The notes under the pieces were generated by a model that was given only the letters and a program-made list of their open reading frames with translations, did no database searches and had not been told where the DNA came from. Positions 1 to 10,388 of a DNA stretch of 64,000 bases are shown here, one piece after another; the stretch's first letter is position 1, and each line of letters begins with the position of its first letter. This DNA is from a virus, in the IMG/VR virus record IMGVR_UViG_3300011008_000022; one strand, written 5' to 3'. The position numbers were made by a program, and so were the translations under genes.

Positions 1-1452
1 CGTGGCTTCTGGCATAATATGGATGGTACCAAGAATGCGGTTGCTAACAGCGACGACCGCCGAGGTAACATCAACCGTGCGGGATTCCAGTCTATTTATG
101 CCCGTGCCATTGCCGTGGCCAACGTCATTGAACGTGTGGTGGATGATGTAACCTACTATATCGCTCAGGATAGCGAATATGTGCCACAACAGGGCGACCG
201 CATACTGGAGAATGGTCTTGTTACCGTACAGATGCGTCAGTTCAATACTTCGCCGGCTACTTATTCGCCTGCTCCTGAGAAATGGTCGGTACTCTCTGTA
301 TCTGGTTACTTTGGTACGGATCATCCAGAACGTCAGAAGTTCTTTGTATATACCACGTCCTACATGGCTCGTTTCGAGGGTGTCAATACATGGGAATGGG
401 GCGAACATACCTTTATGGGTGGCTGGGGCGACCTCACGGGCTTCACGATGCTGGAAGACCACGACGGCCAAATCACTCGCAAGGAGTTTACGGGCGAAGG
501 CTTCGTAACCAAGGATGCACACATCTATGGTGTCGTCGATATGTTTACGCGCTTCTCCGACCGTATCGACATCCAACTGTCTCGACCTGATGGCACCATT
601 GCCGATGGTGAACAGCAACGGGCGGACTTCATCTTACGTGACGTGGAGGGTAGCATTATCTCCGGCAACTACACCTTGCAGATCACCCGTCAGTCGGGTA
701 ACGCTGCAGCAGATACAGCATGGAATGCGGCTATCGCTCAGAGATACCCTTCCGGCATACCGTCAGCGTTATATTTCCAGTTCTCTGATGTGCCGGAGAA
801 AGGGGCCGTATTCGTAGTGGCTGCTTCACGTCAGGTGACAACAGACACTACCACTGACACCTATACGACATCGGCATCATTCGTGCTCTCTCGTGCTTAT
901 CCACAAGAAACATTCCTCGGCCCTTGGGACTCTACAACGGAATATGAGCGCACACCACGTCAGTACCCCACCGTCACGCATGGTGGCTGTAAGTGGTATC
1001 TGAAGGTGGCTACAAGCCTGGGCGAAGAGCCACATCCTCTCAGTACATCATGGGGCATGGTATATGGTGCTAACGACCTATCCATTGCTTTCTACAATGA
1101 GAGCGGACAGCGCATCACATCGGCTGTGCAATATCCTGGCAGCGTCAACCTCTTCCTCGATCCGCATCTGCTGTGTGGCAACTTCGATATTACTAACGAA
1201 CTATCGGCTTCTGATTGGGTATGGTCACGCTATACGGGCAACTATGGCGAAGAGATTGATACTCGTACTCCTGCTGACCGTCAGGCTGACCAGGGATGGC
1301 CTAACGCTCACTGGCCGTCAACACCACAGACGCGCACCATCCGCATCAACAACGACGACATGCCGCCGTCATGGGGTAACGGTCCTATCGTCAACTTCAT
1401 CATCACGGCATCCTATAATGGTATCTCCATTCCAAATATAGTCCAGATGTAA
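1..1452 (+). CDS. hypothetical virion-block protein (5' end may lie upstream of window; first ATG at 19)
   Basis: Frame open from base 1 to stop at 1450-1452; 477 aa from ATG 19; no motif recognised; lies in + strand structural block. Confidence 0.6.
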   Translation, partial: RGFWHNMDGTKNAVANSDDRRGNINRAGFQSIYARAIAVANVIERVVDDVTYYIAQDSEYVPQQGDRILENGLVTVQMRQFNTSPATYSPAPEKWSVLSVSGYFGTDHPERQKFFVYTTSYMARFEGVNTWEWGEHTFMGGWGDLTGFTMLEDHDGQITRKEFTGEGFVTKDAHIYGVVDMFTRFSDRIDIQLSRPDGTIADGEQQRADFILRDVEGSIISGNYTLQITRQSGNAAADTAWNAAIAQRYPSGIPSALYFQFSDVPEKGAVFVVAASRQVTTDTTTDTYTTSASFVLSRAYPQETFLGPWDSTTEYERTPRQYPTVTHGGCKWYLKVATSLGEEPHPLSTSWGMVYGANDLSIAFYNESGQRITSAVQYPGSVNLFLDPHLLCGNFDITNELSASDWVWSRYTGNYGEEIDTRTPADRQADQGWPNAHWPSTPQTRTIRINNDDMPPSWGNGPIVNFIITASYNGISIPNIVQM

Positions 1453-1483
1453 CCACCGTGCCCAGCCGTTCTCGGCTGGGTCC
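1453..1483 (+). repeat. family-A hairpin, abuts stop codon
   Basis: ccaccgtgCCCAGCCGttctCGGCTGGGtcc. Confidence 0.9.
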
Positions 1484-1496
1484 TAAACAAAAGAAT

Positions 1497-2267
1497 ATGA
1501 AACAAGACAAATATTTCTTACGCTTTCAGCAGCTCTGCATTGGCATCCTGGCTCAGTCTGACAACTGCATGGAGTCACAACAGCAGTTCAAGTCTGCTCG
1601 CTCCGTTCCTGAACTGGTGACGGCATGGCAGCGATTTTGGGCGGGTGTCCTACACGAAGTACCTGAACAGGTCATCAAGGCTTTTGCTGACCTCTACCCC
1701 GTCTATCGTGATGACATTATTCGTGCCGGTGTCTATTATAACGAGGCTCCGCCTGTCGGCATCTATCCTGAAAACCCTATATCTCCCGTCTCACCCTCCG
1801 ATGCAGCCACCGTGCCCAGCGCTTCTCCGTTGGGTCCTACCACCAACGCCATGATACTCATCGGCGATGCTCCCGCCACCGTTCCCGATGATTCTCCATC
1901 GGGTGAAACAGCTTCTCCATCGGATCTCGTAATTCATGGCCGTAATCGTGTCTATGTCCTCGGCAACCTCCCCGTGACTGTCACCGACAATTCCAGCGTC
2001 CATGTCAACAGCGACCGTGCCGTAGTGACCGTATGTGGTTCTGCTCGTGCTAACATCGAACGGGGAACACTCATCGCTCGTGACCGTGCCGTAGTCAATG
2101 GCAAGGGTCTCATAACCTGCTACGACTCTACGACGATATATGTCTCTGGTGGTGTCCTGCACGATAAAGGACACCTCGATATCATCGCCTATAACGATGC
2201 GGTCATCAACAGCTTCACCAACCGTCGCATCAAACTCAACGACCAGGCAATCCTGAACATCGAATAA
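1497..2267 (+). CDS. hypothetical protein carrying two in-frame family-A hairpins
   Basis: ATG 1497 after A-rich leader; ORF-track start 1458 is a GTG inside the upstream hairpin (MPSRSRLGPK artefact); ATVPSASPLGPT and ATVPDDSPSGET are encoded by hairpins at 1807-1836 and 1876-1905. Confidence 0.7.
   Translation: MKQDKYFLRFQQLCIGILAQSDNCMESQQQFKSARSVPELVTAWQRFWAGVLHEVPEQVIKAFADLYPVYRDDIIRAGVYYNEAPPVGIYPENPISPVSPSDAATVPSASPLGPTTNAMILIGDAPATVPDDSPSGETASPSDLVIHGRNRVYVLGNLPVTVTDNSSVHVNSDRAVVTVCGSARANIERGTLIARDRAVVNGKGLITCYDSTTIYVSGGVLHDKGHLDIIAYNDAVINSFTNRRIKLNDQAILNIE
1807..1836 (+). repeat. family-A hairpin, in frame in CDS 1497..2267
   Basis: ccaccgtgCCCAGCGcttctcCGTTGGGtc (one G-T pair). 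Confidence 0.85.
1876..1905 (+). repeat. family-A hairpin, in frame in CDS 1497..2267
   Basis: ccaccgttCCCGATGattctcCATCGGGtg; a half copy (agcttctccatcgg) follows at 1910-1925. Confidence 0.85.
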
Positions 2268-2275
2268 TAGTCTCT

Positions 2276-2305
2276 CCACCGTGCCCAGTCGTTCTCGGCT
2301 GGGTC
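2276..2305 (+). repeat. family-A hairpin, intergenic
   Basis: ccaccgtgCCCAGTCGttctCGGCTGGGtc (one T-G pair). Confidence 0.9.
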
Positions 2306-2319
2306 CTAAAAGTAAAAGT

Positions 2320-4941
2320 ATGAATAGCCACATTGCCATAACAGCTCAGAAGAACGGCAAGCAGATTCCACTCAATCTGCCGGATGATTTTAGCATCGAC
2401 ATCGACGATCAAAATCCGCTCTTCAACGATAACGAAATGTTCTCATACCCCTGTAGGATGCCTATGGAGGGTAATCGTTTCTTGCTGGGCAATATCGATG
2501 ACCCGCTGAACATCGATCGCCCAGTAGGTCTCGAACATACGAAAATGCGTATCGTGGTGGATAACCAGCCGTTCCGTTCTGGTACGCTCGTCACCGCAGA
2601 GGATGAGGAGATAGACGGTGCGCTGACTATGAATATTTCGGCTTCTGACCATTCTATCGACGATCTGATTGGCGACTTGAAATGTCAGGACATCCCTCTG
2701 AAAGATAAAATCCTGATTGGCGAAAAGATTGGTGCTGTCACAGCTGCTATCAATTACCAGTATCACGTACATATCACATGGGATGGTAAGAAAGCGGACA
2801 CGGACACATGGCCGTCAGCAACGGATTCGTCTGAGGTGGTCTTCACACCACAGGCTTTGGGTTTCTCCTGCCCTGCAGAGTGTAACACCACAGGAAGTAA
2901 GGAGGAAGCGATTGTGGCTTCTGTCATCAACTATGACGATGGCAAGAAACGTAATAAGCCGTCCATCCGTCAGAGCTTTATCAATGTTAGCGAACCGTAC
3001 CCCAACGCGAAGTATTGCAATGCGCGAGTGGCTTACTATCACTATGGACTGGATGAGGAGGGCAAGAAGACCTCTAACAAAATCAATCCGCTCACGAAAA
3101 GGGGTGGACCAGAGAATAAATGGCCATACTGGGTGCTGGATGCTGACCGTCAGCAGTCGGGCATCTGCTTCTATGTCCTGTACTTCCTCGATTGTCTTTT
3201 CTCTTATCTGGGCGTGTCTTTCGATAACAGCGAACTGCTCCAGGTGGAGGATATGCGTCACCTGTGCTTCTTCACAACACACTGCAAGTACGATGAGGAA
3301 TATAAGTACCCGAACCAGGTGCCTTATTTTACCACCATCGAACAGATCAACGCCTGGCTGACATCGCGTGGCACAGGTGCTCACTTCGAGTTCCATGACG
3401 GTGGCAACCGCATGGTCAACAACGTGGACTATATCGACTCTAACGGTACTCGCCACCATGCAGAGGTGGGTAAGGATGGTGTCAACACGATTATGGTGGA
3501 GTCTATCGTCAACAGCCGCTCTGTATCGGGTAATATCATGCGCATGTATGCCAACAGCGAGAACTTCCCTGAAGAGTCGGTAAAAACGGTGCTGGATAGC
3601 CTATGGGCTTCTTTCGGTATTCGTTTTGAATATGACTACGAGAAAAAGCATGTACGTGCTTACTACGTCCGCGAGGTGTTCCGTGATACACAGGATCCTA
3701 TCGACTTCCCTGGACGGGTAATCTCCATGCACAAGATTGCTGAGAAGATTACGGGTGTACGCATGTGCTACTCGGCTGAAAGCAGCAGCAAGGAACAACA
3801 GGGTAATGTGCGCTCCGGCAAAAAGGACTATGATACGTCCTACGATTATATCGACTACCCCCAGAATGCTACCATCACGGATAAGCATTATGAAGAGATA
3901 TTCCGTACTCCTCAGCAGAATAATGCCAGTGGTAACACGAATGTCTATGTGGATAGGGCAACGGGTAACAAGTACCGTATCAAGGTGAATAGCGATGCGG
4001 AAACGGCTATGGACTTGAAGCCGGTGCTCTTTGAGGTAGGACAGTATAAGGGCGTGGAACTGGGCGACTGCTCAGAACTTAACGAGGACTTCATAGAGGA
4101 GATAAAATCGGACTTCGTGCCGATGGTCTTCAATGATGTAAACTATCAGAATGAGGTCAATTCTGCTGCTGGCTCCATGAAGTCGGATGGCTATCAGATC
4201 ATCCTGAATGCTGACCAGGAACAGCCTATCCTTGCGGCTTTCGTCGATGAGGAAATGGAACATGAGTTCCTGGAGCAACGCATCCGTCAGACATTGGCAT
4301 CTAATGTGGCTGAGTTCTATTTCGACGAGGTACTGGATGGCATGATAGAGAACTATGACCCGTCATCCTCTGATGATGGTAATAGTCCGCTGCAGACGGT
4401 CGATTGGGGACTGGCTATCGCTATCATGCGTGGTGGTGGTACGGATGCAACCATACAGACGTATGATCACAACTACGATGGCTTTGGTAACTCGAAATGG
4501 CGCACAGTGGCTGGTCTCTATGCGCTTACGTCTGACAGCCTCGATATGTGGGGCAATGAATACGACTATAACGGTGTATCTCCTGGCATCGGTGGTGGCG
4601 AACGCTTCTCATTGAAGATTCGCTCATGGGTACAGCCGGAATGGGCCAATGCTCCGCTGGTGGATGCTGACGTGGTGGATAGTCAGGGAAACATCGAGAA
4701 GAAAATCAAATCGCGTGGCCTCTTTGACACCTTCATGTCGGAATATGCGAACTTTATCCTAAAACGTCGTAAATACCGCGTCCGCATAGAGTGCTCTGCT
4801 GCTCAGGTGGCAGACGTGCCAAACCATTGGACGCGTCGATTCCGCATCAACGGCATGGTGGGCTTCATTAACAAATTGTCTTATAACGTCTCTGCAAAAG
4901 ATGGTCTTAACGGCCTCGAAGTGGAGTTCTATGTTCTATAA
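2320..4941 (+). CDS. large hypothetical virion-associated protein (873 aa)
   Basis: ATG 2320; track start 2281 is again a GTG inside a hairpin; long uninterrupted ORF; no catalytic motif recognised. Confidence 0.75.
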   Translation: MNSHIAITAQKNGKQIPLNLPDDFSIDIDDQNPLFNDNEMFSYPCRMPMEGNRFLLGNIDDPLNIDRPVGLEHTKMRIVVDNQPFRSGTLVTAEDEEIDGALTMNISASDHSIDDLIGDLKCQDIPLKDKILIGEKIGAVTAAINYQYHVHITWDGKKADTDTWPSATDSSEVVFTPQALGFSCPAECNTTGSKEEAIVASVINYDDGKKRNKPSIRQSFINVSEPYPNAKYCNARVAYYHYGLDEEGKKTSNKINPLTKRGGPENKWPYWVLDADRQQSGICFYVLYFLDCLFSYLGVSFDNSELLQVEDMRHLCFFTTHCKYDEEYKYPNQVPYFTTIEQINAWLTSRGTGAHFEFHDGGNRMVNNVDYIDSNGTRHHAEVGKDGVNTIMVESIVNSRSVSGNIMRMYANSENFPEESVKTVLDSLWASFGIRFEYDYEKKHVRAYYVREVFRDTQDPIDFPGRVISMHKIAEKITGVRMCYSAESSSKEQQGNVRSGKKDYDTSYDYIDYPQNATITDKHYEEIFRTPQQNNASGNTNVYVDRATGNKYRIKVNSDAETAMDLKPVLFEVGQYKGVELGDCSELNEDFIEEIKSDFVPMVFNDVNYQNEVNSAAGSMKSDGYQIILNADQEQPILAAFVDEEMEHEFLEQRIRQTLASNVAEFYFDEVLDGMIENYDPSSSDDGNSPLQTVDWGLAIAIMRGGGTDATIQTYDHNYDGFGNSKWRTVAGLYALTSDSLDMWGNEYDYNGVSPGIGGGERFSLKIRSWVQPEWANAPLVDADVVDSQGNIEKKIKSRGLFDTFMSEYANFILKRRKYRVRIECSAAQVADVPNHWTRRFRINGMVGFINKLSYNVSAKDGLNGLEVEFYVL

Positions 4942-4942
4942 T

Positions 4943-4972
4943 CACAGTGCCCGCTGATTCCGTCAGCGGGTC
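4943..4972 (+). repeat. family-A hairpin variant, 1 nt after the stop codon
   Basis: cacagtgCCCGCTGAttccgTCAGCGGGtc; fully compensated alternative stem. Confidence 0.85.
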
Positions 4973-4989
4973 TCTAAAACGTATAAAAA

Positions 4990-6108
4990 ATGCCTAAAAT
5001 TGAATTGTCCCTTCCCCGCTCCTGGAACCAGTGTACGCTACCTGCGCTCCGTGCTATTGCTGCCGTGCTGACTGACTGCTCGGCACGTATCGATCGCTTC
5101 CATCCTTTTGACATGATGGAGGTAAAGGTGGGGGTATTACTACGTTTAACGAATATCGAAGTGCTGGAACCAATCAACCCGCGAGTAGCGGTCGAAGAGC
5201 AATACTATACCTGCCGCCTACGTCCCTGGACTATCGATGAAGAATATAGTCGTTGGTTCCGTATGCTGCGATACTATCGCAGCTTCTGTGCTTGGTTCCG
5301 TCGCTCTGTCCTCGGACATGATGACACTTTCTCGCTATACGTGTGGCAAATCAATTACTGGCTCACTCCTCACAAAGATCAGGCAACAGGACGCATGGTG
5401 CCTGGTATGCTCGACTGGATGAATAGCGATAGTAAGAGCTTCCTTCAGCGCTTCCCGTTCCCGTCTGTCCGTCGTCGCTCTGGTAAGTGCTCTCGTAAGG
5501 TGACATTCAAGGGACCTAACACGTTTATGGATGGCTTCTCATGGCGACGCTACCGATTCGCTCAGGACTATATGCAGATGTATATCGAACAGCAAAACCA
5601 TTTGCTCGAACTGCAACAGTCTGGCAAGGTGTCGGCAAAGGACTTGCTGAAAGCAACAAAGGCCATGGATCTGTCTAAGGCGCTTTTCCTGGCTACTGTC
5701 TTCAATCGTAAGATAACATTTGTCAACGAGGAAACAGGACAGACTATCACCGATTATCATTACCAGTTTAATCAGCATTCAGATAACAGTCCTTTCTTCC
5801 GTAATTTCGACGATAAGGATTGGCAACTGGTGTGCCTATGGTGGGCGGGCATGATGCACTATTTGCATCAGACTTATCCCAAGGTGTTCAAGGTACAGAA
5901 GGTGAAAGGTAACAAGAAACCTGTCAACCCGCTCATGTTATATGCGCGTACAACGGCAACACTGGAGAAGTACCTCCACTCTACTGCAACGGACATAGAA
6001 AGGGAACCTTACTCCACCATCCTTCAGCAACTCGAAGACATCACACGTCGTAACGAGGAGATAGAAGCTGCAAACCGCAAAATGAGGGCACAATCCCGCC
6101 GTAAGTAG
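4990..6108 (+). CDS. hypothetical protein (372 aa)
   Basis: ATG 4990 after A-rich leader; stop 6106-6108 directly followed by a tandem pair of family-A hairpins. Confidence 0.75.
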   Translation: MPKIELSLPRSWNQCTLPALRAIAAVLTDCSARIDRFHPFDMMEVKVGVLLRLTNIEVLEPINPRVAVEEQYYTCRLRPWTIDEEYSRWFRMLRYYRSFCAWFRRSVLGHDDTFSLYVWQINYWLTPHKDQATGRMVPGMLDWMNSDSKSFLQRFPFPSVRRRSGKCSRKVTFKGPNTFMDGFSWRRYRFAQDYMQMYIEQQNHLLELQQSGKVSAKDLLKATKAMDLSKALFLATVFNRKITFVNEETGQTITDYHYQFNQHSDNSPFFRNFDDKDWQLVCLWWAGMMHYLHQTYPKVFKVQKVKGNKKPVNPLMLYARTTATLEKYLHSTATDIEREPYSTILQQLEDITRRNEEIEAANRKMRAQSRRK

Positions 6109-6175
6109 CCACCGTGCCCAGCGCTTTTTCGCTGGGTTTTCTTCGTCACCGTGCCCAGCCGTTCTCGGCTGGGTC
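6109..6175 (+). repeat. tandem pair of family-A hairpins, first abuts stop codon
   Basis: ccaccgtgCCCAGCGctttttCGCTGGGtt ... tcaccgtgCCCAGCCGttctCGGCTGGGtc. Confidence 0.9.
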
Positions 6176-6214
6176 TTCAAATCACTTTGTCCCGTCCTCG
6201 TCACTCGCATTCTG

Positions 6215-6222
6215 TATCTTTG
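6215..6222 (+). promoter_or_regulatory. Bacteroidota-type -7 promoter box TAnnTTTG
   Basis: tatctttg, about 60 nt upstream of ATG 6284. Confidence 0.6.
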
Positions 6223-6235
6223 CAATATAAAAATA

Positions 6236-6263
6236 GTTCTGTATGTCGCTATGTCTTAGCGAC
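6236..6263 (+). repeat. family-B hairpin in the 5' leader of 6284 gene
   Basis: gttctgtatGTCGCTAtgtctTAGCGAC. Confidence 0.85.
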
Positions 6264-6283
6264 TTTAAAAAGGAAATAAGATT

Positions 6284-8119
6284 ATGGCAAAAAAGACTTC
6301 TGCTCCCGTCACCCGCGTAAAGGCCAGCAACTTCATAAAAAAGGCTGCTGACCTGCATCGCCGTAACTACTCGGTACTCCTGCCAGGCGACCGCTCTTAC
6401 TATAATTTGGATGGCCCCAGCAGCGATATTTCTTGGGGCGACTTCATCGGCTCACAGCTTCGTGCCGGTGCAACCGAAAATGGTAAGTCTCAGCGTAAGT
6501 CTATACCTACGCTCTATTTCTCGTCAGGAAACGAAAGCCAACAGGGAGCTGAGAAGATTGGTACGCCTAACTTGGGATGGATAGAATGGGGCTATGGCAA
6601 CAACCTGCCTAACATCGTGGCATTGCTCACACACATGCTGCCATATACGGCTGCCGGTCTTAAATTCAACACGGATCTCTGTGCTGGACTCGGACCTCAG
6701 CCGATGTACGACTGTACGCAGTATGTGGGTGGTAACATCACACAGAAACTCATCCGCTATAAGGATGCAGGACAATGGCTGCGCGGACGTATCATCGACC
6801 TGCAGACACAGCTGCTGAACCTCGAACAGAAAAACACCACTCCCGATGATTCATCATCGGGCGAAGGCATGGGTGCTGCTGTTGGCTCTGTAACAGGACG
6901 TGGCGCGAAAAAGTCTGAGGTGTACGATGCACTTGTGGATTCTATCAACGAACAGATAAAGGAATTACAAGAGGCACATAAGGTATGGAAGACTACAGAT
7001 GAGGAGGTACAGAAGTTCCTCGATAATAATAATATCGCTCAGACATGGCTTTCGCTGGTGCTCGATCAGGAACTGTTTGGTATCTCGTTCCCAGAACTGT
7101 TGCTGAACCAGCAAGACCTCGACGAGAATGGAAACCCTGTCAAAACGAAGACTTGGACTCCTCGCGTGACGGGTATCGCCCACCGTTCATGCCATACGAC
7201 CCGCATGGAGCGTATGGATGAAATGGGTAAGATTAACTTCGTGTACTGCTCTACAAGATGGCTTGATAAATACTTCATCGAACAGGGTGGAGAGAATAAC
7301 GCGCCTATCAATGCTATACCTGCCCTCCATGTGCCCTCTCCTCTTGCTTCACTGGAGGAGAAGGTACGTGAGGCTCGCCAGAAAAATGTATCTGTCAACA
7401 ACAGACCGACGCACTTTGTTTTGCCGACGGTCTATCCTACCGCTGGTCGCCCATATTACCCGACTCCTGCCTGGTACTCTATCTTTGGTGGTGATATCTA
7501 CGAATACATCACAACGATATTCTCAGACCGCCTCTCTCGTAAGCGTAACAGCAATGTCATCGGACGTGTCATCTATCTGCATAACGATTACATGCAGCAG
7601 TTGTTTGTGGCCAAAAAAGCACAGGCTGATGCTAACAAACAGGCTGAGATACGCGACAAACTCTATACGCAGATCAACCAGTGGCTCGCCAATCGCAACA
7701 ATGCCGGACAGTCATTGCTGGCTTTCACATTCATGGGCACGGATGGTAAGGAGCATAAGAGCTTCGAGATTGTAGAGATCGAAAGCAACAATAAGGATGT
7801 GGTGGCAGCCAACGAGAAAGAGACGGCTGAACTGTCATCAGTGGTATTCATGGCTCTGGGTCTTGATGGTCGTCTGCTGGGTTCTTCGCCGCTGTCTCTC
7901 GTAGGTAGCAACGGTGGTACTGACATCCGCGAACGCTTCCTGCTTCGCTTGATCCTGAAATCACCGCAAATCAACATCATGCTTAAACCGCTGGAAGTGC
8001 TCTCTCGCTTCAACAAGTGGGACCGCCACCTGGTATGGCAGGTGCAAAAGCAGGCAATGACAACACTTGACCGCTCTAAATCGGGCGTGACAACACAATC
8101 TGACGACGAAGGTAAATAG
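6284..8119 (+). CDS. hypothetical virion-block protein (611 aa)
   Basis: Preceded by -7 box 6215-6222 and family-B leader hairpin 6236-6263; long ORF; function not recognisable by eye. Confidence 0.75.
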   Translation: MAKKTSAPVTRVKASNFIKKAADLHRRNYSVLLPGDRSYYNLDGPSSDISWGDFIGSQLRAGATENGKSQRKSIPTLYFSSGNESQQGAEKIGTPNLGWIEWGYGNNLPNIVALLTHMLPYTAAGLKFNTDLCAGLGPQPMYDCTQYVGGNITQKLIRYKDAGQWLRGRIIDLQTQLLNLEQKNTTPDDSSSGEGMGAAVGSVTGRGAKKSEVYDALVDSINEQIKELQEAHKVWKTTDEEVQKFLDNNNIAQTWLSLVLDQELFGISFPELLLNQQDLDENGNPVKTKTWTPRVTGIAHRSCHTTRMERMDEMGKINFVYCSTRWLDKYFIEQGGENNAPINAIPALHVPSPLASLEEKVREARQKNVSVNNRPTHFVLPTVYPTAGRPYYPTPAWYSIFGGDIYEYITTIFSDRLSRKRNSNVIGRVIYLHNDYMQQLFVAKKAQADANKQAEIRDKLYTQINQWLANRNNAGQSLLAFTFMGTDGKEHKSFEIVEIESNNKDVVAANEKETAELSSVVFMALGLDGRLLGSSPLSLVGSNGGTDIRERFLLRLILKSPQINIMLKPLEVLSRFNKWDRHLVWQVQKQAMTTLDRSKSGVTTQSDDEGK

Positions 8120-8146
8120 TTCTGTATGTCGCTATGTCATAGCGAC
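8119..8146 (+). repeat. family-B hairpin between 6284 and 8167 genes
   Basis: gttctgtatGTCGCTATGtCATAGCGAC. Confidence 0.9.
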
Positions 8147-8166
8147 CTCAAAATAAAAGAAAAGAT

Positions 8167-9204
8167 ATGGCACAAGGATTACTCATACAAGGTGCATCAC
8201 CACTCGTAGGCAGCCCTATCACTTATCAGGTGACAGCAGCGGTCATCAGTGGCGATTGCGCTTTTCATCGTGTCAAACTGACGGTATCGGCATTCCTCGA
8301 AGGTGTCGATATCAACTTTGCCGACCTCACGCTGTCCTCTCCGGCTGAGTCGGGAGAAATCCTGAAGTTCGACATCAGCAGCGCACTACGTGCTGTCGCA
8401 GATAAGTATGAGTACACTGTCAACCCGCCTGCCAACTATCCGCGTATCGGATATAGACTGTCTGCCTGCGATGAGTACATGCAGAACGGAGAGGTACACG
8501 ATAACGTGGGCGTGGTGACGATTGACACCATTCAGTATTGCATCATGGGTGCCTACTCGGATATGGAACGTCTGCTATCTGCTGGCAGCAAGTCGGCACA
8601 GCACTTTACACGCAAGCCGAACACGATGCCGGAGGTGGTGGCCGTAGGAGAGAGCATGGTATGCCCTCAGTCCTATGCTCAACCCGTCAGCAGTGGAAAT
8701 ATTACCGTAGGACCTACATCATCGGTGGTAAACATCGTCAACGAGGGATTGCAGACGGTCAATGGCCGTCAGGTGTATGCACTGCCTGCAGGACAGAAAG
8801 ACCGTTACGAGTTCCGCTTTGTCAATGGCCTGGGATGCCTCGAAAGCATCAGCGTAAAGGCTTTGCGTACCTCTGAAACGAACGTTACCCAGGAGTCTTT
8901 CATTCGCTCGGTGCAAGAGACGTTCAACTCATTCTCGCGAGGACTCGTGACTAAGAAAAACGATTACGAGACTTGGAAGATGTGTAGTGGACCGCTCGAC
9001 GAAGCATGGCATTCGTGGTTCATGCACGAGTTCATCATGGCTAAGTTCGCCTGGATAAAAATCAACGGACATTGGATAGGGTGCCACATCGTTCCTGAAG
9101 AAACAGTAGATGGCATCGATCGTACCAGCGGCAACTTCATGCAGGTGGAGTTCTCAGTACAACTTGACATCAATGGCAGCCCACTCGCTGCTTTGGCCAT
9201 ATAG
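8167..9204 (+). CDS. hypothetical virion-block protein (345 aa)
   Basis: Preceded by family-B hairpin 8119-8146; stop abutted by family-A hairpin 9205-9233. Confidence 0.75.
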   Translation: MAQGLLIQGASPLVGSPITYQVTAAVISGDCAFHRVKLTVSAFLEGVDINFADLTLSSPAESGEILKFDISSALRAVADKYEYTVNPPANYPRIGYRLSACDEYMQNGEVHDNVGVVTIDTIQYCIMGAYSDMERLLSAGSKSAQHFTRKPNTMPEVVAVGESMVCPQSYAQPVSSGNITVGPTSSVVNIVNEGLQTVNGRQVYALPAGQKDRYEFRFVNGLGCLESISVKALRTSETNVTQESFIRSVQETFNSFSRGLVTKKNDYETWKMCSGPLDEAWHSWFMHEFIMAKFAWIKINGHWIGCHIVPEETVDGIDRTSGNFMQVEFSVQLDINGSPLAALAI

Positions 9205-9233
9205 CCACCAATCCCAGCCGTTCTCGGCTGGAC
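9205..9233 (+). repeat. family-A hairpin, abuts stop codon
   Basis: ccaccaatCCCAGCCGttctCGGCTGGac. Confidence 0.85.
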
Positions 9234-9266
9234 CTCGAAAAGAAACAACATAATAATAAAATAAAA

Positions 9267-9776
9267 ATGAATAGTATCGTATCATTCTTCCAGAGCTTCT
9301 TCAGCTCAGTACCGCGACAGATTGCTGTCGGACTGGGAATTGTTTGGGCATGGCTGGAGCCAACACTCCCCTATGCCGCTATGTGTTTGTTTGCTGTTGT
9401 CATCGATTGCCTCACGGCATGGCGATTAAATCGGCGTGTGAAGGCTAAATATCCGAACGCAGGAGCCGATGGCAAACTGAAATCCTCACACATGTCGAAG
9501 ATGATATCAGACCTGGCTATCGTTTGGCTCTGCATCCTACTGGCAGACGGTGTGGATGATAATTTGCTCGAACACCTTGGAGGTCTCCACCTCGGCCAGT
9601 ATGTAGCAGCTATCTTTGTCCTCTGCACGGCTGTCTCGATACTCGAAAATGAGTCTTCATGCAATGGCGCTGCATGGGCAAGAGCCGTCCAGAAGATTGT
9701 CACCTCGAAAGTCGCTCGCCATATCGACATCGACGAGAAAGAATTGGAGGAGATCATACACGAGAAAAAAGAATAG
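9267..9776 (+). CDS. holin-like membrane protein (Phage_holin_4_1-like)
   Basis: 169 aa with several hydrophobic helices; VVIDCLTAW...KLKSSHMSK...SILENESSCNG resembles the D..TG / K..SS / SILEN pattern of the holin_4_1 family. Confidence 0.55.
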   Translation: MNSIVSFFQSFFSSVPRQIAVGLGIVWAWLEPTLPYAAMCLFAVVIDCLTAWRLNRRVKAKYPNAGADGKLKSSHMSKMISDLAIVWLCILLADGVDDNLLEHLGGLHLGQYVAAIFVLCTAVSILENESSCNGAAWARAVQKIVTSKVARHIDIDEKELEEIIHEKKE

Positions 9777-9806
9777 TCACCGTGCCCAGCCGCTCTCGGC
9801 TGGGTC
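9777..9806 (+). repeat. family-A hairpin, abuts stop codon
   Basis: tcaccgtgCCCAGCCGctctCGGCTGGGtc. Confidence 0.9.
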
Positions 9807-9820
9807 TCAATCTATAAGGT

Positions 9821-10384
9821 ATGAAAGCAAATATCAGCAAAATCCTCGAAAAATGGGCGGAATTGTACGAGCCTATCAGCCATGACCCCAAGAAAGGGTC
9901 TAAGGATAAGGCATACTATGAGATTCGTACCATCAATGACAATTCTGGCTTCATGCGCAATCAGAATGCGGCTAAGTCACCGTGTATGGCATATTCTATC
10001 CTGATTGATGCTCAGGGCACGAATAACCACGTCGTCAACTATGCTCATGCCATCTACTTCCTCGTCAGGGCTAAATCCTACTCGCTGGCGAAAAATGCAC
10101 GTCAGGATGACGAACTGGGTGCCGACATTCAGATGACGATGGATGATTACGTCCAGGATCTGCTGGCATACCTGCGTGAACTGAAACGGACAGGGATATG
10201 TCCTATCACGGGTGCTACCTACGACCGTCCTACAATGGATGCACTAAGAGGAATGCAACTGGAGAGCGCTGAATGGGCTTCTGCGCCTGTCAAGTACGCT
10301 GAATGGCATGTAATGGGATTGAACATCGAACAAAACGCACCGCGACAACTGTGCGTGAATAAAGAACTCTATAAAAACGAATAG
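9821..10384 (+). CDS. hypothetical protein (187 aa)
   Basis: ORF with ATG in A-rich context; follows holin-like gene. Confidence 0.7.
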   Translation: MKANISKILEKWAELYEPISHDPKKGSKDKAYYEIRTINDNSGFMRNQNAAKSPCMAYSILIDAQGTNNHVVNYAHAIYFLVRAKSYSLAKNARQDDELGADIQMTMDDYVQDLLAYLRELKRTGICPITGATYDRPTMDALRGMQLESAEWASAPVKYAEWHVMGLNIEQNAPRQLCVNKELYKNE

Positions 10385-10388
10385 CATT

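Noticed and set aside
1458-1496. N-terminal extension MPSRSRLGPKQKN of ORF 1458..2267; the same artefact occurs at 2281..2319
   Set aside because: The GTG start lies inside the family-A hairpin. The extension is a literal translation of the repeat. An ATG with an A-rich leader follows at 1497 (and at 2320).
6284-9204. Calling 6284..8119 a portal protein and 8167..9204 a major capsid protein from size and order
   Set aside because: No diagnostic motifs are recognisable by eye, and no terminase is nearby. They are left as hypothetical virion-block proteins.
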